A stretch of 64,000 nt of DNA from Octopus vulgaris. Its lineage: Eukaryota. The stretch covers positions 37,448,001 to 37,512,000 of the forward strand of contig OX597818.1 in the NCBI GenBank assembly GCA_951406725.2, read 5' to 3'. Positions 13,411 to 26,350 of this stretch are shown here, one piece after another. Made by a program: the position numbers and the translations under genes. The stretch's first letter is position 1. Each line of letters opens with the position of its first letter. Under the pieces are notes generated by a model. The model searched no databases and was not told the DNA's origin. It was given only the letters and a program-made list of their open reading frames with translations.

Positions 13411-13868
13411 TATATATATTTTTGTACCTTGTCTATTAAGGGGTTTTGTTTCAATTCAGTATGTAGAAATTAAAATTAGCAGCAGTGAAATTGTTTAATA
13501 ATAAGCTGACTCTACCGCTGTCTAGCAATTGAGTCTACTTATGATAAATGGTATTTCAGTCATGACTACTTATACATATATATCTAAGATTACACTATGA
13601 AATGTGTCCCTCTTTTTTAAGATGCCAAGTGTGTCTGAAGGAAATATGGCTATTATTTCAAGCAGGTGGAGCAACTGTAGAAGGTTGCTTATTGGCTTAT
13701 GAGGCACTGTTAATATAATAAATGGTACTTGGAATTTTCCTTTTATTTCATAGTTATTAGTTGTTTTCTCTATCTCCAGCAAGTTGCCATTTCTATCAGC
13801 CATTTACTGATACACCAGGAAGATGTGTATACAGGCAAATGAAGTGCTTGCAGAGCCACACCCATTAT

Positions 13869-13901
<33 letters not shown>

Positions 13902-14209
13902 CATACACACACGTGCACACGCATGTATGGCTGTGTGGTAAGAAGTTTGCTTCCAAATAATATGATTCTAGGTTCAAGCTGATTGTATGGTACTTCGGGC
14001 AGGTGTCTTCCACCCTGGGCCGACCAAAGCTTTTTGAGTGGATTTTGTAGATGGAAACTGAAAGAAGCCTGTCATATATAAATATATATCTTTTACCTTA
14101 TTTGTTTCAGTTATTTAGACTGTTGTCATGCTAGGGCATCACTTTGAAGAATTTTTAGTTGAACCCATCACTCCCAGTACTTTTTTTTTTTTAAGCCTGG
14201 AACTTATTC

Positions 14210-14254
<45 letters not shown>

Positions 14255-15003
14255 GGGCCTTCCTTCACTTTCTATCTATCAATTTAACACCTAAGACTTC
14301 CAATATAGCCCAGGGCTATATTAGAAGACACTTGCCCAAGGTGCTATGCAGTGGAACTGAACCCAAAACCATATGGTTGGGATGTGAACTTCATATCCAC
14401 ACAGCCATACCTACGCCCGTATACATGTGTGTGTGTATGTGGGTGCGTGTAAGCCGATTATTTCGAACACTTCGGGACGGGACTATTTAGAAAATAATAA
14501 ATGGTTGATAACATTAAGTAGAGAATATGACGATATCGAGCGTGTTTTTAGGATTCCTTAATTTTGATAACATTATCCATAGTTCCGATAGGCGGTTTCC
14601 ATTCATATCAACGGAGGTTGTTTAAAGTGTATAAATGTCTTTTTATAAATCAAGTAGAAATGCGGTTTCGTTGCGTGTAGGCGTGCGCTTGTGAGAGTGT
14701 GGTTTCGTTCATAAATCCTAATTATTATTATTATTTTTTAATTGATAAGAACAAATACGTTGTATTATATAATCAAAATATAACAAAATTAATAAATTCT
14801 ACCCACAACGAAATTAATGAATTTTCTTCTATGACATAAATAAAAGAAGCTACGTAAATAATATACAAGAATAAATACGTAAAATGTAATTATTTAAAAA
14901 ACAGCTGACGAAATAACCAATTTGAAAATGCTATTAGCTAAACACACCATACTGGTGAGTTTTCTCGTATGAAAGACAAATTATTCCAGTAATTTAAACG
15001 AAC

Positions 15004-15126
15004 CGTTATTAAAGACATGTATTCTTCTTTCAATCGCTGTACCCAGAGTTCTCCATCGCGCGGACCAGCCTTGGTTTTTAATAAAGGAACCTGCGCTAGA
15101 GTTTTCTTCGTGACTTCGTCCACCAT
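15004..15126 (-). CDS. UFC1: UFC1 (ubiquitin-fold modifier-conjugating enzyme 1) coding exon 1
   Basis: ATG at 15126; [41 protein letters not shown] matches the UFC1 N-terminus ([20 protein letters not shown]); 123 bp; donor GTTCGT, phase 0. Confidence 0.96.
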
Positions 15127-15357
15127 CTTGGAAATAAAAGGGAAGTTATCTCCCTTGATTGCCACTCCTTAATGTTTATTTTTCCGTTGCTAACACCAGC
15201 ACATTCGATGAAGTGTTGTGCCTGGTAGTAAGGCAGCGTGCTCTCAGAATTGTTACCACACTAGACAAAATGTTCAGTGACATTTCATCTGTCTTGACGT
15301 TGTGAGTTCTAATTCTGGCGAGGTTGACTTTGTCTTTTATCTTTTCGGGATCGATGA

Positions 15358-15360
<3 letters not shown>

Positions 15361-15388
<28 letters not shown>

Positions 15389-15523
15389 TTATTGTATACA
15401 GTGCTCAGGTGCACCACAACTTGTCAAAAGTGCGTATAAAGCATTTGCAGTAATGTACAAATGTCTGGAAAGTGAACAGTGTATGAGTCAGATACATGCT
15501 TGCGTGTGTATGGAGGGGAGAAA
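15361..15523 (-). mobile_element. 3' end of CR1-like LINE with (TTA)n tail
   Basis: Near-identical to 18864-19010 (aaattattgtatacagtgctcaggtgca...). Confidence 0.75.
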
Positions 15524-15525
15524 GT

Positions 15526-15784
15526 CGGTGAAAATTTTCGACAAATTTTGTGGGAAAATTTTCGGAAAAATTTTTGGGTAAAATTTTGGGTAAAACTTTT
15601 TAGGTGAAATTTTCGGTAAATTTTGGGGCAAAGTTTTCGGTGAAAATTTTCGAAAACTTTTTGGTTAAAATTTTCGGAAAATTTTTGGGTAAAATTTTCG
15701 GTGAAAATTTTCGAAAACTTTTTAGGTGAAATTTTCGGTAAATTTTTGGGTAAAGTTTTCGGTGAAAATTTTCGAAAACTTTCT
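15526..15784. repeat. Degenerate short-period repeat (GGTGAAAATTTTCG-like) at the Gypsy/LINE junction
   Basis: Many imperfect ggt(g)aaaattttcg / aaatttttggg units. Confidence 0.8.
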
Positions 15785-17134
15785 AGTTAGTCCTTCCATC
15801 TCCTGTTTGCTTGTGATTGGTGGTCGGTCTTTGATAGGCATATCACTGTCAATCCTGCTTGGAGCTGCTTTCACTTCAGCATTGACCGACACAATATTTA
15901 ACCTCCTGCAGGTATCAAGTCCAAGAATTGCTGGGCCTTCTGTTCTTGTGACATAAAATGTACACTCGATTCTTTTCTTTTTGTGTGTCCCTCTAATCGT
16001 TGCTTTCCCCAGTTGTGGAATCCTGGTACCTCCGTACGCAGTGAGGACCACATCACTTGGTGTGAGGATTCCTTTCCTGACCCTATCATCTTCTGTCATA
16101 TTTACTGGGAACATCTTCTTGTATAAGCTGACAGGCAAGATATCACTCTGGGCCCCAGTGTCTATCTTCAGCCTTAAGTCAATGTTTGTTCTTTTCCTTC
16201 CGGCCTTCTTTTCAATTCTTATTGTCGTGTATGCCTCATCTTCTTTCTTCCGGTCGTCCTTTCCCATCTCATGCACATTTATTATGCCGATTGCCAAGAA
16301 TTCCTCCTCTGAGGTGCTTTGTTCCTGTTGTTGTGCATGTATATCTCTTCTATTTCTGCTCCTCTTTGAAAATTGGGGCTTGTATCTCTGGGATTTCGTT
16401 ATCCTACACATTTTTTTTCCAGTGGTTCAGTTTTCCACATGCTTTGCAGTGTGTACCGAATGCAGGACATTTTTTTCGGTTATTAAATTCATGCTCTGTA
16501 CCACAGTACTGGCATGTTCTTTGTTTACGGGTATGTGTCCTGTGCCTAGATACAGTATCTACACTGCTACCAAGTGAGCTTGTTTGTAAGCTAAGTGAGG
16601 CCATCTGTTTGGTAGTGGCTTCGTATGCTCTTGCAGTGTCTACTGCTTCTACCAACTGGAGAGCGTCCTTACCTATTAGTGATTTTTGCACTTCTTTGTG
16701 GGCACACCCACATATTAATTGGTCTACAATTCTCTCTTCCCTGTCTTTGAATTGCATTTCTCTGCAACATTTTTCAGTCTTGACAGGAAATTGTCAATTG
16801 TTTCTTGTGGGTCTTGTTTCAGGCCCTGGAATTCGTATCTGTGAATTCTATGGTTCGACCTGGGCTGTAGGTGCCTTTCAAATTTCTCAAGAAGTGTATC
16901 TGGGTTATTGCAGTCGGACTCTAACATATCCCAGCTATTGTATAGGTCTATTCCTTTATTACCTGACCATAAAAGGATATAGCTTACCTTTTCATCGTCA
17001 GTAGTGCCTTTCAGGAAACTTTTGAAAGCTAGTTGAGCTTTTTGTTTGAATTTTTTAAATTCTTCTACGACATTACTAGAATCCCAGTTCATAGTAGGAT
17101 GTAGATTCATCTGTACGGCGACGGGGGTCGCCAT
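15785..17134 (-). pseudogene. Ty3/Gypsy gag-protease, frameshifted and truncated before RT
   Basis: Gag with zinc knuckles CQYCGTEH..CPAFGTHCKACGKLNHW; aspartic protease LKIDTGAQSDILP and AILGLDTC; 1-bp indels near 16755 and 16410. Confidence 0.9.
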
Positions 17135-17247
17135 CTTGGATTCGTTGTTTATGTTGTCCGAAGGCGAAACGATGTTTTGTTTGTTAATTTCCTGGTTCGT
17201 TGCGTTTCAGATTTTTTTGTAAAGGCACTGTTTCCGTTTAATTATTT

Positions 17248-17260
17248 ACCGTTGCCACCA
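17248..17260 (-). promoter_or_regulatory. Primer binding site, tRNA-Leu type
   Basis: TGGTGGCAACGGT directly after the LTR terminal CA; one mismatch to TGGTGGCAGCGGT, the complement of a tRNA-Leu 3' end. Confidence 0.75.
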
Positions 17261-17467
17261 TGTTATGCGTAGTTTGGGTTCTAATGGGATAGACAACCAG
17301 TTGAAAACCATTGTTATTGTTTACGTGTTTATTATCTTTACTTGTTACACGGACGGCGACGTTCAGCATAGTAATACATTATATACTTTACACACAGTTT
17401 GTACTATTCACTACAGAATAGTGCCAAGAGTGGGGATGCACGTATACACAGATATGAATGTGTAACA
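17261..17467 (-). mobile_element. 5' LTR of Ty3/Gypsy element (207 bp)
   Basis: TGTTA...TAACA terminal inverted repeats; TATATAA and AATAAA on the minus strand; immediately followed by a PBS. Confidence 0.85.
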
Positions 17468-18299
17468 ACCATAAAGCAAAATGTTGGGTACCGATGAGTC
17501 GAGGAGGCTATAACGCTTGTTGAAACTATTTTGTTTCATTCACACTGAAAATATTTTTGGGGAATACATAAACGTCACTGCCTGTTTCTATTTTCTTAAA
17601 GTAATGGTGTTTATATCTCATCAATATTTACATATCTATGTCTAACACACAAAAAATTATTTATACTTGCGGACTAACTCATTTAAAGTATTGAATTTAA
17701 AAAAAAAAGAAAGAAATTGCATTTATAATGAAAGGGAAAAATCATTAGGGTGAATAACAATTCTTAACAAGAGGAACAAGGGAGAGAACTTAACATTCCC
17801 AACGATTAAAATTTAATTGAAAATATGTCAGTTTAATTCGCTTCTCACTGATCAGCAATAAATCTGAATATTTTCACAGACGATCGAAAAACAAAAACAA
17901 AAAGGACCAACAGACCTGCCTGTGATATTCTGGTGTTGGTTCAGTCATACAAAAAAAAAAAAAAAGGCTTTGCACTTACTAATATGAGAAAAATAGCATC
18001 ATGCTTTGGCAATAAATTATTGATCAAATAAATCTTCGATGTCAAAATGGCTATCATCTTTTGTTGACTCATTTACTTCTTTTCAAACTGAGATGATGGA
18101 CCAGTATAGAAAGTGCTGAGGTATCGTCTAACGATTTTTCTAGAGGTTAGCACATTTATATTTGTATATAGAATGAACCGTGTTTATCCTTCTTGGCCGC
18201 CCACTGTACCTGGGAGAGTCATCAAGGAACTCCATCGTAGTGTCCTATCAAAAGCAACCGTCATTACACTTTTCTGCTGGACTCTAAAGTGTGACCAAC

Positions 18300-18640
18300 T
18301 AAGATCATGAATATTACCCGGCCATTTCGTCCTTGGTATTCTCATAGCTCTACTGCTGGTTGGTTAGGCTTGAAGATTCCATCTTGCGATCCTTTACCGT
18401 GACATTCTAACCATATTTCCGTAACACTGGAGCTATGACCTCTCAATGCAAAGAAGTAGCGGTTCGACCTGAAGAAACTCCCCGTCTCCGTGTTACGTAC
18501 CCTGTCGAGAAACGTTATATTTCGGAGTAACTCCGTTTCGGCCGCTCGTATTCGCGATCGTATTGATTCGGTCATCACCCAACATTTATGATCATAGGTG
18601 AGAATAGGTACGTAAACCGAACTGAATAGCTTTTATTTCT
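18300..18640 (-). mobile_element. RTE-clade LINE RT C-terminal remnant
   Basis: SRIRAAETELLR..ITFLDRVRNTE, typical of RTE; stops and frameshifts. Confidence 0.7.
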
Positions 18641-18863
18641 GACAAATTATATTAAAGATATGACTGTTTAATCTTTCGCATTGAAGACTTTTCATATTTC
18701 TTTATTAATCCTCCACAGGCAAATAAATGAGAGAGAAAAGAAATATTTAGTAGAATATATTTATTTGTTCGTAGCTGATGATTTACTCCGGCGTCACTAA
18801 GTTTCTCAACGCCTGCGATGTCGCGAAAGTAAGAAAAATATGACAAAACAACAAATATATCTT

Positions 18864-19350
18864 TATAATAATAATGAAATTATTGTATACAGTGCTCAGG
18901 TGCATCACAAGTTGTCAAAAGTGCTTATAAAGTATATGCAGTAATGTACAAATGTCTGGAAAGCCAACAGTGTATGAGTCAGATACGTGCTTGCGTGTGT
19001 CTGGAGGGGAAAACATCAGGTGTAGTGTTGGCGAATCTCAGGAAGCATGGAAGTTTTGAAGGATGCAGTGCTCCGACAACTAACAACTGATGCCGTCAGT
19101 TTGTTCCATGCTTCAGCAACTCTTAGCGTGAAAAAAATGTTTCCGAAAGTTATGGGAGCTGTGCTGTTTTCTGACTTTGTAAACATGTCCATGGGTGTTA
19201 GACAGATGGAGTTTGAAAAGGTGCTCAGAGTTATTGTTTGTAAGATGGTTAATAATTTTATGGGTGTCTGCCAAGTCAGCTGCCAGACGTCGGAGTTTCA
19301 ATGTATCCATGCCCAGGGAAGTAAGGTGTTCAGAATATGGCAAATGCCTG
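18864..19350 (-). mobile_element. 5'-truncated CR1-like LINE (ORF2 C-terminus and 3'UTR)
   Basis: YSEHLTSLGMDTLKLRRLAADL...THGHVYKVRKQH...RKHFF; (TTA)n tail. Confidence 0.8.
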
Positions 19351-20017
19351 ATGGAGGGTATGGCCCGTATCCATTGGAAGAATAATGAATGTCACTTTAA
19401 CCATGCCTACCACGCCTTTAAATCCCAAGAATTGTGCACGTAAAATAAATGAATAAATAAATAAAATATAAACAACTTTCATTCAGATGGTGAATTTTTG
19501 AGACATCCAAGCAAATTATCAGTGAAGCTGCGCTTACGATCGCTAGACTGAAATGATTCAACTTCTTTTACTGATCCCTTTGAAGGCATAAAAATCACAA
19601 CTTCTTAATTACCTCCTCTATAAATAATAGATTGTGCTTGGTCAAAGGCACAAACCATTTCAAAATTAATTATTTTTCAACATCATAAATTGAAACGAGA
19701 GAGAACTTGAGAAGGTAAGGGGGATAACTAGGTAAATCTTATAATACTTCGAAAATCAACGTTATATGTGCGACGTTAGTAGACTTGCAGTTCGATATAA
19801 GCAAAACGAGAAGTGTTGCTTAGTCTTCAGCATTTAAGCAAAGCTAGGAGTATTGCTTAGTGTTCAGCATTTAAGCGAAGCTAAACCTTAAAGGAAAAAA
19901 AATTGTCCAAAATTTAAAGTTTAACTAGCGTAAACGAGGAAGTTATCGCCCCTTAATCTGTATTACCTTGTTCTCTCTTTGATTGCCTCGATTTAGGTCT
20001 GTTTATGCTGTCACACG

Positions 20018-20315
20018 TGGAGGCACATGGCATAGTGGTTAGAGCAGTGGACTTGCGGCCGAGGGATCGCAGGTTCGAATCACAGACCGGGCGATGTGTG
20101 TGTGTTTATGAGCGAAATATCTAAGTTCCACGCGGCTCCGGCAGAGGGTAATGGCAAACTTCTGCTGACTCTTTCACCACAACTTTCTCTCACTCTTTCC
20201 TCCTGCATATTTCAGGTCACCTGCGACGGACCGGCGTCCCGTCCGAGTGGAGAACCTATACGCTAAGGAAACTGGCCCTTATGAGCCAGGCGTAGCTCGA
20301 GAAGGAACAAACAAT
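20018..20315 (+). mobile_element. SINE family 2 copy
   Basis: Colinear with 6729-7025. Confidence 0.85.
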
Positions 20316-20346
20316 GCTGCCACACATGTACATTCTATATACTCGT

Positions 20347-20495
20347 TCGTGCGTACGTACGTACGTACGTACGTACATACATACATACATACATACATAC
20401 ATACATACATACATACATACATACATACATACATACATACATACATACATACATACATACGCACGCACGCATACACACACACATACGTGCGTGTG

Positions 20496-20579
<84 letters not shown>

Positions 20580-20658
20580 TACGTACGTACGTACGTACAT
20601 ACATACATACATACATACATACATACATACATACATACATACATACATACATACATAC
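20347..20658. repeat. Compound tetranucleotide microsatellite (TACG/TACA/TGCG)
   Basis: Direct reading of the sequence. Confidence 0.95.
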
Positions 20659-21216
20659 AAGGCCAGCAATTTCGGGGGGTGGGTAAGTCGACTATATGTT
20701 CAACTGGTATTTATTTTATTGACTCCGCTAAGATGAAAAGTAAAGTCAACCTCGGCAGAATTTGAACTCAGAACGTAAAGACGGACAAAATGCAACTAAG
20801 CACTTGCCGCTAAGCATTTGGCCTGGTGCAGTAACGTTCAATACCAACAAGTTTTGCTATAGATGCAGCAAAAAGCCATTGACATTCCACCTCTAGCGTG
20901 AACACCGAATACAGTCATTTTCCTATATTAAGTATGTTCAGTAGTGAAACTAGGAGTAGAAGATAGACAAGTTGTAGCCCACCATGAGCAACGCTTTAAT
21001 GGGGTCGTCAATTCTGGGTTTGCTGTATAAGCCTGTATAGACTGTATTGGCCTGGGGAGGCCGGCAAACTCAAAAGCTACCCAGGTCGGCACACTCTCTA
21101 TTTTACTCTATATAATTGGCTAAAGTGATTTCCATATTTCTAAATTCCCTTCAATGCATTACAAATATTGAACTGAAAATATGTGATTGAAATAGTGCTG
21201 TAAAAATGTGGTTTAT

Positions 21217-21780
21217 TATAATGGGGTACCCAAAAGTAATCGAGAACGTTCTCTTTGGGACAAACCCGTTATAGTTCAGGCTTCCGCCGCTAGAAGCCGC
21301 TTGATGCGACCCCTTAGGCATCAGTCTGCCGACTGGCGGCGTCTTGTGAAGTCGTACTACCACATGGTGTGTCTTTGTTTTGTAGTGCTTCTTCCCAGTT
21401 TGTTGATTTTTGCGATGTCTGAAACGAAGGAACAGTGGGCTTCCGTGAAATTCTGTTTTCTGTTGGGGTAAAACAGCGGCCGAAACAGTTGTCATGCTTC
21501 AAACAGCTTACAAGGACTATGCCATGAGCAAAACACGAGTTTACAAGTGGTTTCTATGCTGTAGGAATGGTCACTTGTTGCTTGAAGACGACGTTCAGAA
21601 CGACCGTGTCTGTTTGTCCCTCACCATCGCTTTACAACCGATGTTGGTGTGTTTACGCCCCAGTTGTCATGCTTCAAACAGCTTACAAGGAATATGCCAT
21701 GAGCAAAACACGAGTTTACATGTGGTTTCTATGCTGTAGGAATGGTCACTTGTTGCTTGAAGACGACGTTCAGGACGACC
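21217..21780 (+). mobile_element. Mariner-type transposon 5' fragment (N-terminal HTH)
   Basis: MSETKEQWASVKFCFLLG / (K)TAAETVVMLQTAYKDYAMSKTRVYKWF resembles the Mos1/SETMAR HTH; frameshifted. Confidence 0.8.
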
Positions 21781-21835
21781 GTGTCTGGTTGTCCCTCACA
21801 ATCGCTTTACAACCGATGTTGGTGTGTTTACGTCC
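21486..21835 (+). repeat. 175-bp tandem duplication spanning a mariner/SINE junction
   Basis: cagttgtcatgcttcaaac at 21486 and 21661. Confidence 0.9.
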
Positions 21836-22364
21836 CCGTAACTCAGCAGTTCGACAAAAAATGATCGATAGAATAAGTACCAGACTTTAAAAAAAAATAG
21901 AAGTACCAGCGTTGATTCATCCGACAAAAATTTCTTGAAGTCGGTGCTCCTGCATGGCCGCAGTCTAACGACTGAAACAAGTAACATTATACTCATGAAG
22001 TTTTCAATTACAAACAGTATACAGTTCCGAGCCAAGCGTGATAAAAAGGCTTTGTTTTTGAGATTATCTCCGCGGAGTATACTTAACCAATTGTCTTGCA
22101 ACTTTTCGTCGCAGAACTTCTATATTAAGGGACAGTTGGTTATGTATCCTCACTGATTTTCTCTTTAATTGAAACGAGAGAGAACTTTGACAGCAGAATT
22201 GCTGTCATCTTTCAAATAAACAACGTGAACTTAAGAGATTTTTATGAAAATATTTGTTTAATTAAAGATGTAATGACACTTCGACTGAAAGAGTTTTAAA
22301 GGTCATGTTATTTATGATCAAATATTCCAGCAGGAAGCATGACCACGATTACCGTAATTGAATA

Positions 22365-22569
22365 ACTCTTTTACGTGTTTCAGTCATGTGACTGTGGCCA
22401 TGCTGGAGCACCGCCTTTAGTCGAGCAAATCGACTCCAGGACTTATTCTTTGTAAGCCTAGTACTTATTCTATCGGTCTCTTTTGCCGAACCGCTAAGTT
22501 ACGGCGACGTAAACACACCAGCATCGGTTGTCAAGCGATGTTGGGGAGTTAAACACAGACACACAAACA

Positions 22570-22605
<36 letters not shown>

Positions 22606-22770
22606 TACATATATACGACGGGCTTCTTTCAGTTTCCGCCTACCAAATCCACTCACAAGGCTTTGGTCGGCCTGAGGCTATAGTAGAAGACACTTGCCCA
22701 AGGTTCCACGCAATGGGTCTGAACTTGGCACCAAGTGGTTGGTAAGCAAGCTACTTACTACACAGCCACA
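22365..22770 (-). mobile_element. SINE family 1, full-length copy
   Basis: Reverse complement of the 8430-8775 family. Confidence 0.85.
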
Positions 22771-23290
22771 AATTAATCTCAACAGCTAACATACAATAAT
22801 TAACCCAACGAATACAAAACAGGCTCTGGTATGGGTACGTAGTTTCAGATTTGACCCCACTGTGCGGCACCTGGGCAAGTATCTTCTCCCAGATGCTCCC
22901 AAGCATGGATGCTGAGTTGAAGACGCGGGCCCCGACTCCCATCAATATATAATTAAACAATATCAATGGGTCCATAAGGCGGCGAGACTGGCAGAATGGT
23001 TAGCACGCCGGGCGAAATGCTTAGCGGCATTTCATCCGTCTTTACGTTCAAATTCCATCGGTATTGGCTTCGCCTTTCATCGTTTTGGGGTCGATGTAAT
23101 CGACTTAACCCTTCCTCTGAAATTGCTGATCGTGTGCCAAAATTTGAAATCGGTATTAATAGACCTATTGGCCTTTGGAACAGTATCCATAGCACCTGCC
23201 TTAAGATAGCAAATTGTAACATACAGCGTGTCTTGAGTATTTAAATATTGCGGAGTCCACCTCTGTCTAGATCCAACGACAGCGGATTTT

Positions 23291-23345
<55 letters not shown>

Positions 23346-23389
23346 GGGAGAGAATGAACTAGTACTTTATCGCCACTGTAAAATCTTGC

Positions 23390-23442
<53 letters not shown>

Positions 23443-23501
23443 TTGTTCAGTATATAAACAGTTTGGCTGCTTGTTTCTCTGGAGACTGTCAGAATGATAT
23501 A

Positions 23502-23551
23502 GACGCCTCTGATGAGAACCCAATAAGGTACGAAAATCGATTAAGGGTGTT
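23502..23551 (+). ncRNA. Type I hammerhead motif in a (TA)n-flanked fragment
   Basis: gacgcct CTGATGA gaacc caataa ggtac GAAA atcgat TA agggtgtt; palindromic AATCGATT stem III; stems I and II slightly mutated. Confidence 0.7.
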
Positions 23552-23640
23552 CATCATTTGTTCAATCTGTGGAGAAATGGCTAAATTTTGCCCTGTTTAT
23601 AATTATACCATATGTTACGTATATATATATATATATATAA

Positions 23641-23698
<58 letters not shown>

Positions 23699-25108
23699 GT
23701 AATATTAATATTAGGGAGTATAATTCCAAACTTACAGGGAAAAATTCAATTTAGTATTAAATCAAATTTCACAATATAAACATATAATATATATAAATTA
23801 GAGAAAAAACACAATTATGCAATTGAAACAATGATAGACATAAACCAAATCATAAAGAAAAAATAAAATATATAATAAAATATATAACTAGATCACAAAA
23901 AACACAAAAATGAATAAAAATATATATAATAAGTAAAAAGAATATTTTTACTTATTATATATTGTTTTATTAATTTTTTGTACTATGTGTTTACTATGTG
24001 TTTGTGTAACTTTTAAATCTATAAGTGCCTAGTTAGGGCGTCAGTCGACCGTTGCAGGCTAATTTTTCAAGAGATTTGCTATTTTTTTTATAGCTAAAAC
24101 AAAGCATATGAACAAACCAGTTAACCAAGGAAAAAAGAATCACGCAATAGCCCTGAGAAATCAAAGAAATGAAAAATATCTTTTTGCTTTTCTCTTACCC
24201 GAGTATTTTTTTTTATTAAGAAAAATACGAGAAAACAACTAAAACTTTAAAAATGTAATATTTAAAGAGACAAGGATTAAATGACATAAGTTTAATGAGC
24301 TAATCGGATCTTATTCCTGATAACGTGACCGAGACAGGAACACAGAGACCACAAATGTTATAAAGCTGATAAGAATCTATTGTGTGAGACAGGAGAAATT
24401 TTCTTAAGTAAATTTTATAAAGACGTTATTGTCTTTCTTGAAAATAATTAAGTTGCGTTTTTATAGATAAGCTTCTGGGCATTTATTACCAGATACTATT
24501 TTCTGTTTACGGCTCCCCTACTTGTAAAAAGCGTTTAGAAGGATTAAAATGCATTCTTTTATTTTAGAGATTTAAACGATTAAGAAAAAATGAAATCTTA
24601 TGTTTTTTTTCATATCTTGTGCCAGTTTTCAACACATTTCGTCTCTATTTTTAGTTATTAGCATAAAACAATAGCAACATTGAGTTCTTTTAACTAAGCA
24701 CAATACTGTTTTTTGGTGGGGAAAAATCAAATTCATTCAACTTCATTTTGGTGTATTATTTTATCTAGTGACTACAAGTTTATGGGAAAAAAAAGAAGTC
24801 CTCCTCAGAAAACGATGGAGCGATAAGGAGACTCTCGGTTAGGGCAGCAGACACGCGGTCGTAGGATCATGGTTTCGATTCCCAGACCGGGCGTTGAGTG
24901 TTTATTGAGCGAAAACACCTAAAGCTCCATGGGGCTCCGGGAGAGAGTGGTGGCGATCCCTGCTGTACTCTTTCACCGCAACTTTCTCTCACTCTTTCTT
25001 ATGTTGGCCTGTTCGCTGAGCCAGAGGGGTGGAGTCATTTGAAGGCTAAAACAATGCGAAGCGCATTGTGACCAGCGATGTGTAGCAACATCTGATAGCC
25101 TGGTCGGT

Positions 25109-25154
<46 letters not shown>

Positions 25155-25329
25155 GACGGGCTTCTTTCAGTTTTCGTCTACCATATCACAAGGTTTTGGT
25201 CGGCCCTAGGCTATAGTAGACGACATTTGCCGAAGGTGCCACGCAGTAAGACTGAACCCGGAACGATGAAGTTGGGAAGCAAGCTTCTTATCACACAACC
25301 AAGCCTGTACCTTATTTCTGCAGTAAAAG

Positions 25330-25650
25330 GGATAAATCTCTCTTTTATAAAGTTATATGAAATCAATATATTGGTTTATTTTGATTAGTAGACATACAAA
25401 AATTTTTAAGATCTTTAAGAGGAAAGGAAACGAAGAGTTATAATTTATGAATTTCATCCATTAAAATGAACTTAAAACAAAATGGGTCTAAACTCTAAAT
25501 TAAAGCCTCTGGCGCAATTCATTTCAATATATTAACAAAAGAAACTCAGATACGTTTATAAACAAATGGTCCGTGTTATGTTGCAGCATAACCTTGATAT
25601 TTAACATTAACAAGAACTCATGTTTGAATTATAGAATACTAGATAAAGAT
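25330..25650 (+). pseudogene. Possible highly decayed Penelope GIY-YIG endonuclease remnant
   Basis: NQYIGL, then LKQN..I(K)..W, VLC, and LNYR motifs in roughly GIY-YIG order; many stops. Confidence 0.3.
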
Positions 25651-25663
25651 TAACTATTTTATA

Positions 25664-26001
25664 ATCTAACACTATCTCCTCCCAGACCCTACGGCGCAAG
25701 CTGACCAAAATTGAGTGTATGATAGAAGAAGGTTTGCTCTTCCTTCCGTAGAAGAAAAAATTCAAATCGGACCATGTTAACACCAAAAATTATTTACATC
25801 AAAAGGGTGCTTTTTTTCTATGATAATCCCTATTTTTTACGATTTTTTCACTGCTGTGTCGCCATTTTTCGGTGTATTTTAACCAGAAAAATGTTCACTT
25901 AAAGAGAATAACAAGCTACATAATGCAAAATTTTTACTTTTCAAAAATTCCAATTCTAAAGGGTCGAAACAAACCCGAGCAACGCCGGGTGATACTGCTA
26001 G
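25664..26001 (+). mobile_element. Non-autonomous Helitron, family A
   Basis: 3' hairpin CCCGAGCAACGCCGGG then CTAG|T; body shared with 28753-29093 and 61614-61996. Confidence 0.75.
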
Positions 26002-26019
26002 TTTAAAAATAAGGCTAAA

Positions 26020-26350
26020 AGGGTAAAGACCCCCTTCGGTCATGAATGACCATGGGATTGCACCTAGAAAGTTACCCTCCTAGACACAAGTCCGGGCAAG
26101 GTTGTTTATGGAAGACCAGCAGTCACCCATGCATACCAGCCTCCCCTCTCCACTCCACCAGTGTTATCCAAGGGAAAGACAAAGGTCGATACAGCTTGGC
26201 ACCAGTGAGGTCGCAACTCATTTCTACAGATGAGTGAACTGGAGCAACGTGAAACAAAGTGCTTTGCTCAAGAACACAACACGCAGCCCGGTCCGGGATT
26301 CGAGCTCACAACCTCACGATCGTAAGCTCGACGCTCTAACCACTGAGCCA
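26020..26350 (-). mobile_element. tRNA-headed SINE family 5 (sister copy 27092-27425)
   Basis: TGGCTCAGTGGTTAGAGCG...TCGAATCCC head on minus strand; shared taaagacccccttcggtcatgaatgacc end. Confidence 0.8.

Noticed and set aside
14938-15165. ORF-track 75-aa product as the full protein
   Set aside because: It is UFC1 exon 1 read from an upstream non-ATG codon and through the splice donor
15981-17004. Plus-strand ORFs of 198 and 272 aa
   Set aside because: Antisense shadows of the Gypsy gag-protease region
20247-20765. Low-complexity ORFs (YIHT/VRAC, and YIYI/THTH elsewhere)
   Set aside because: Translations of microsatellites
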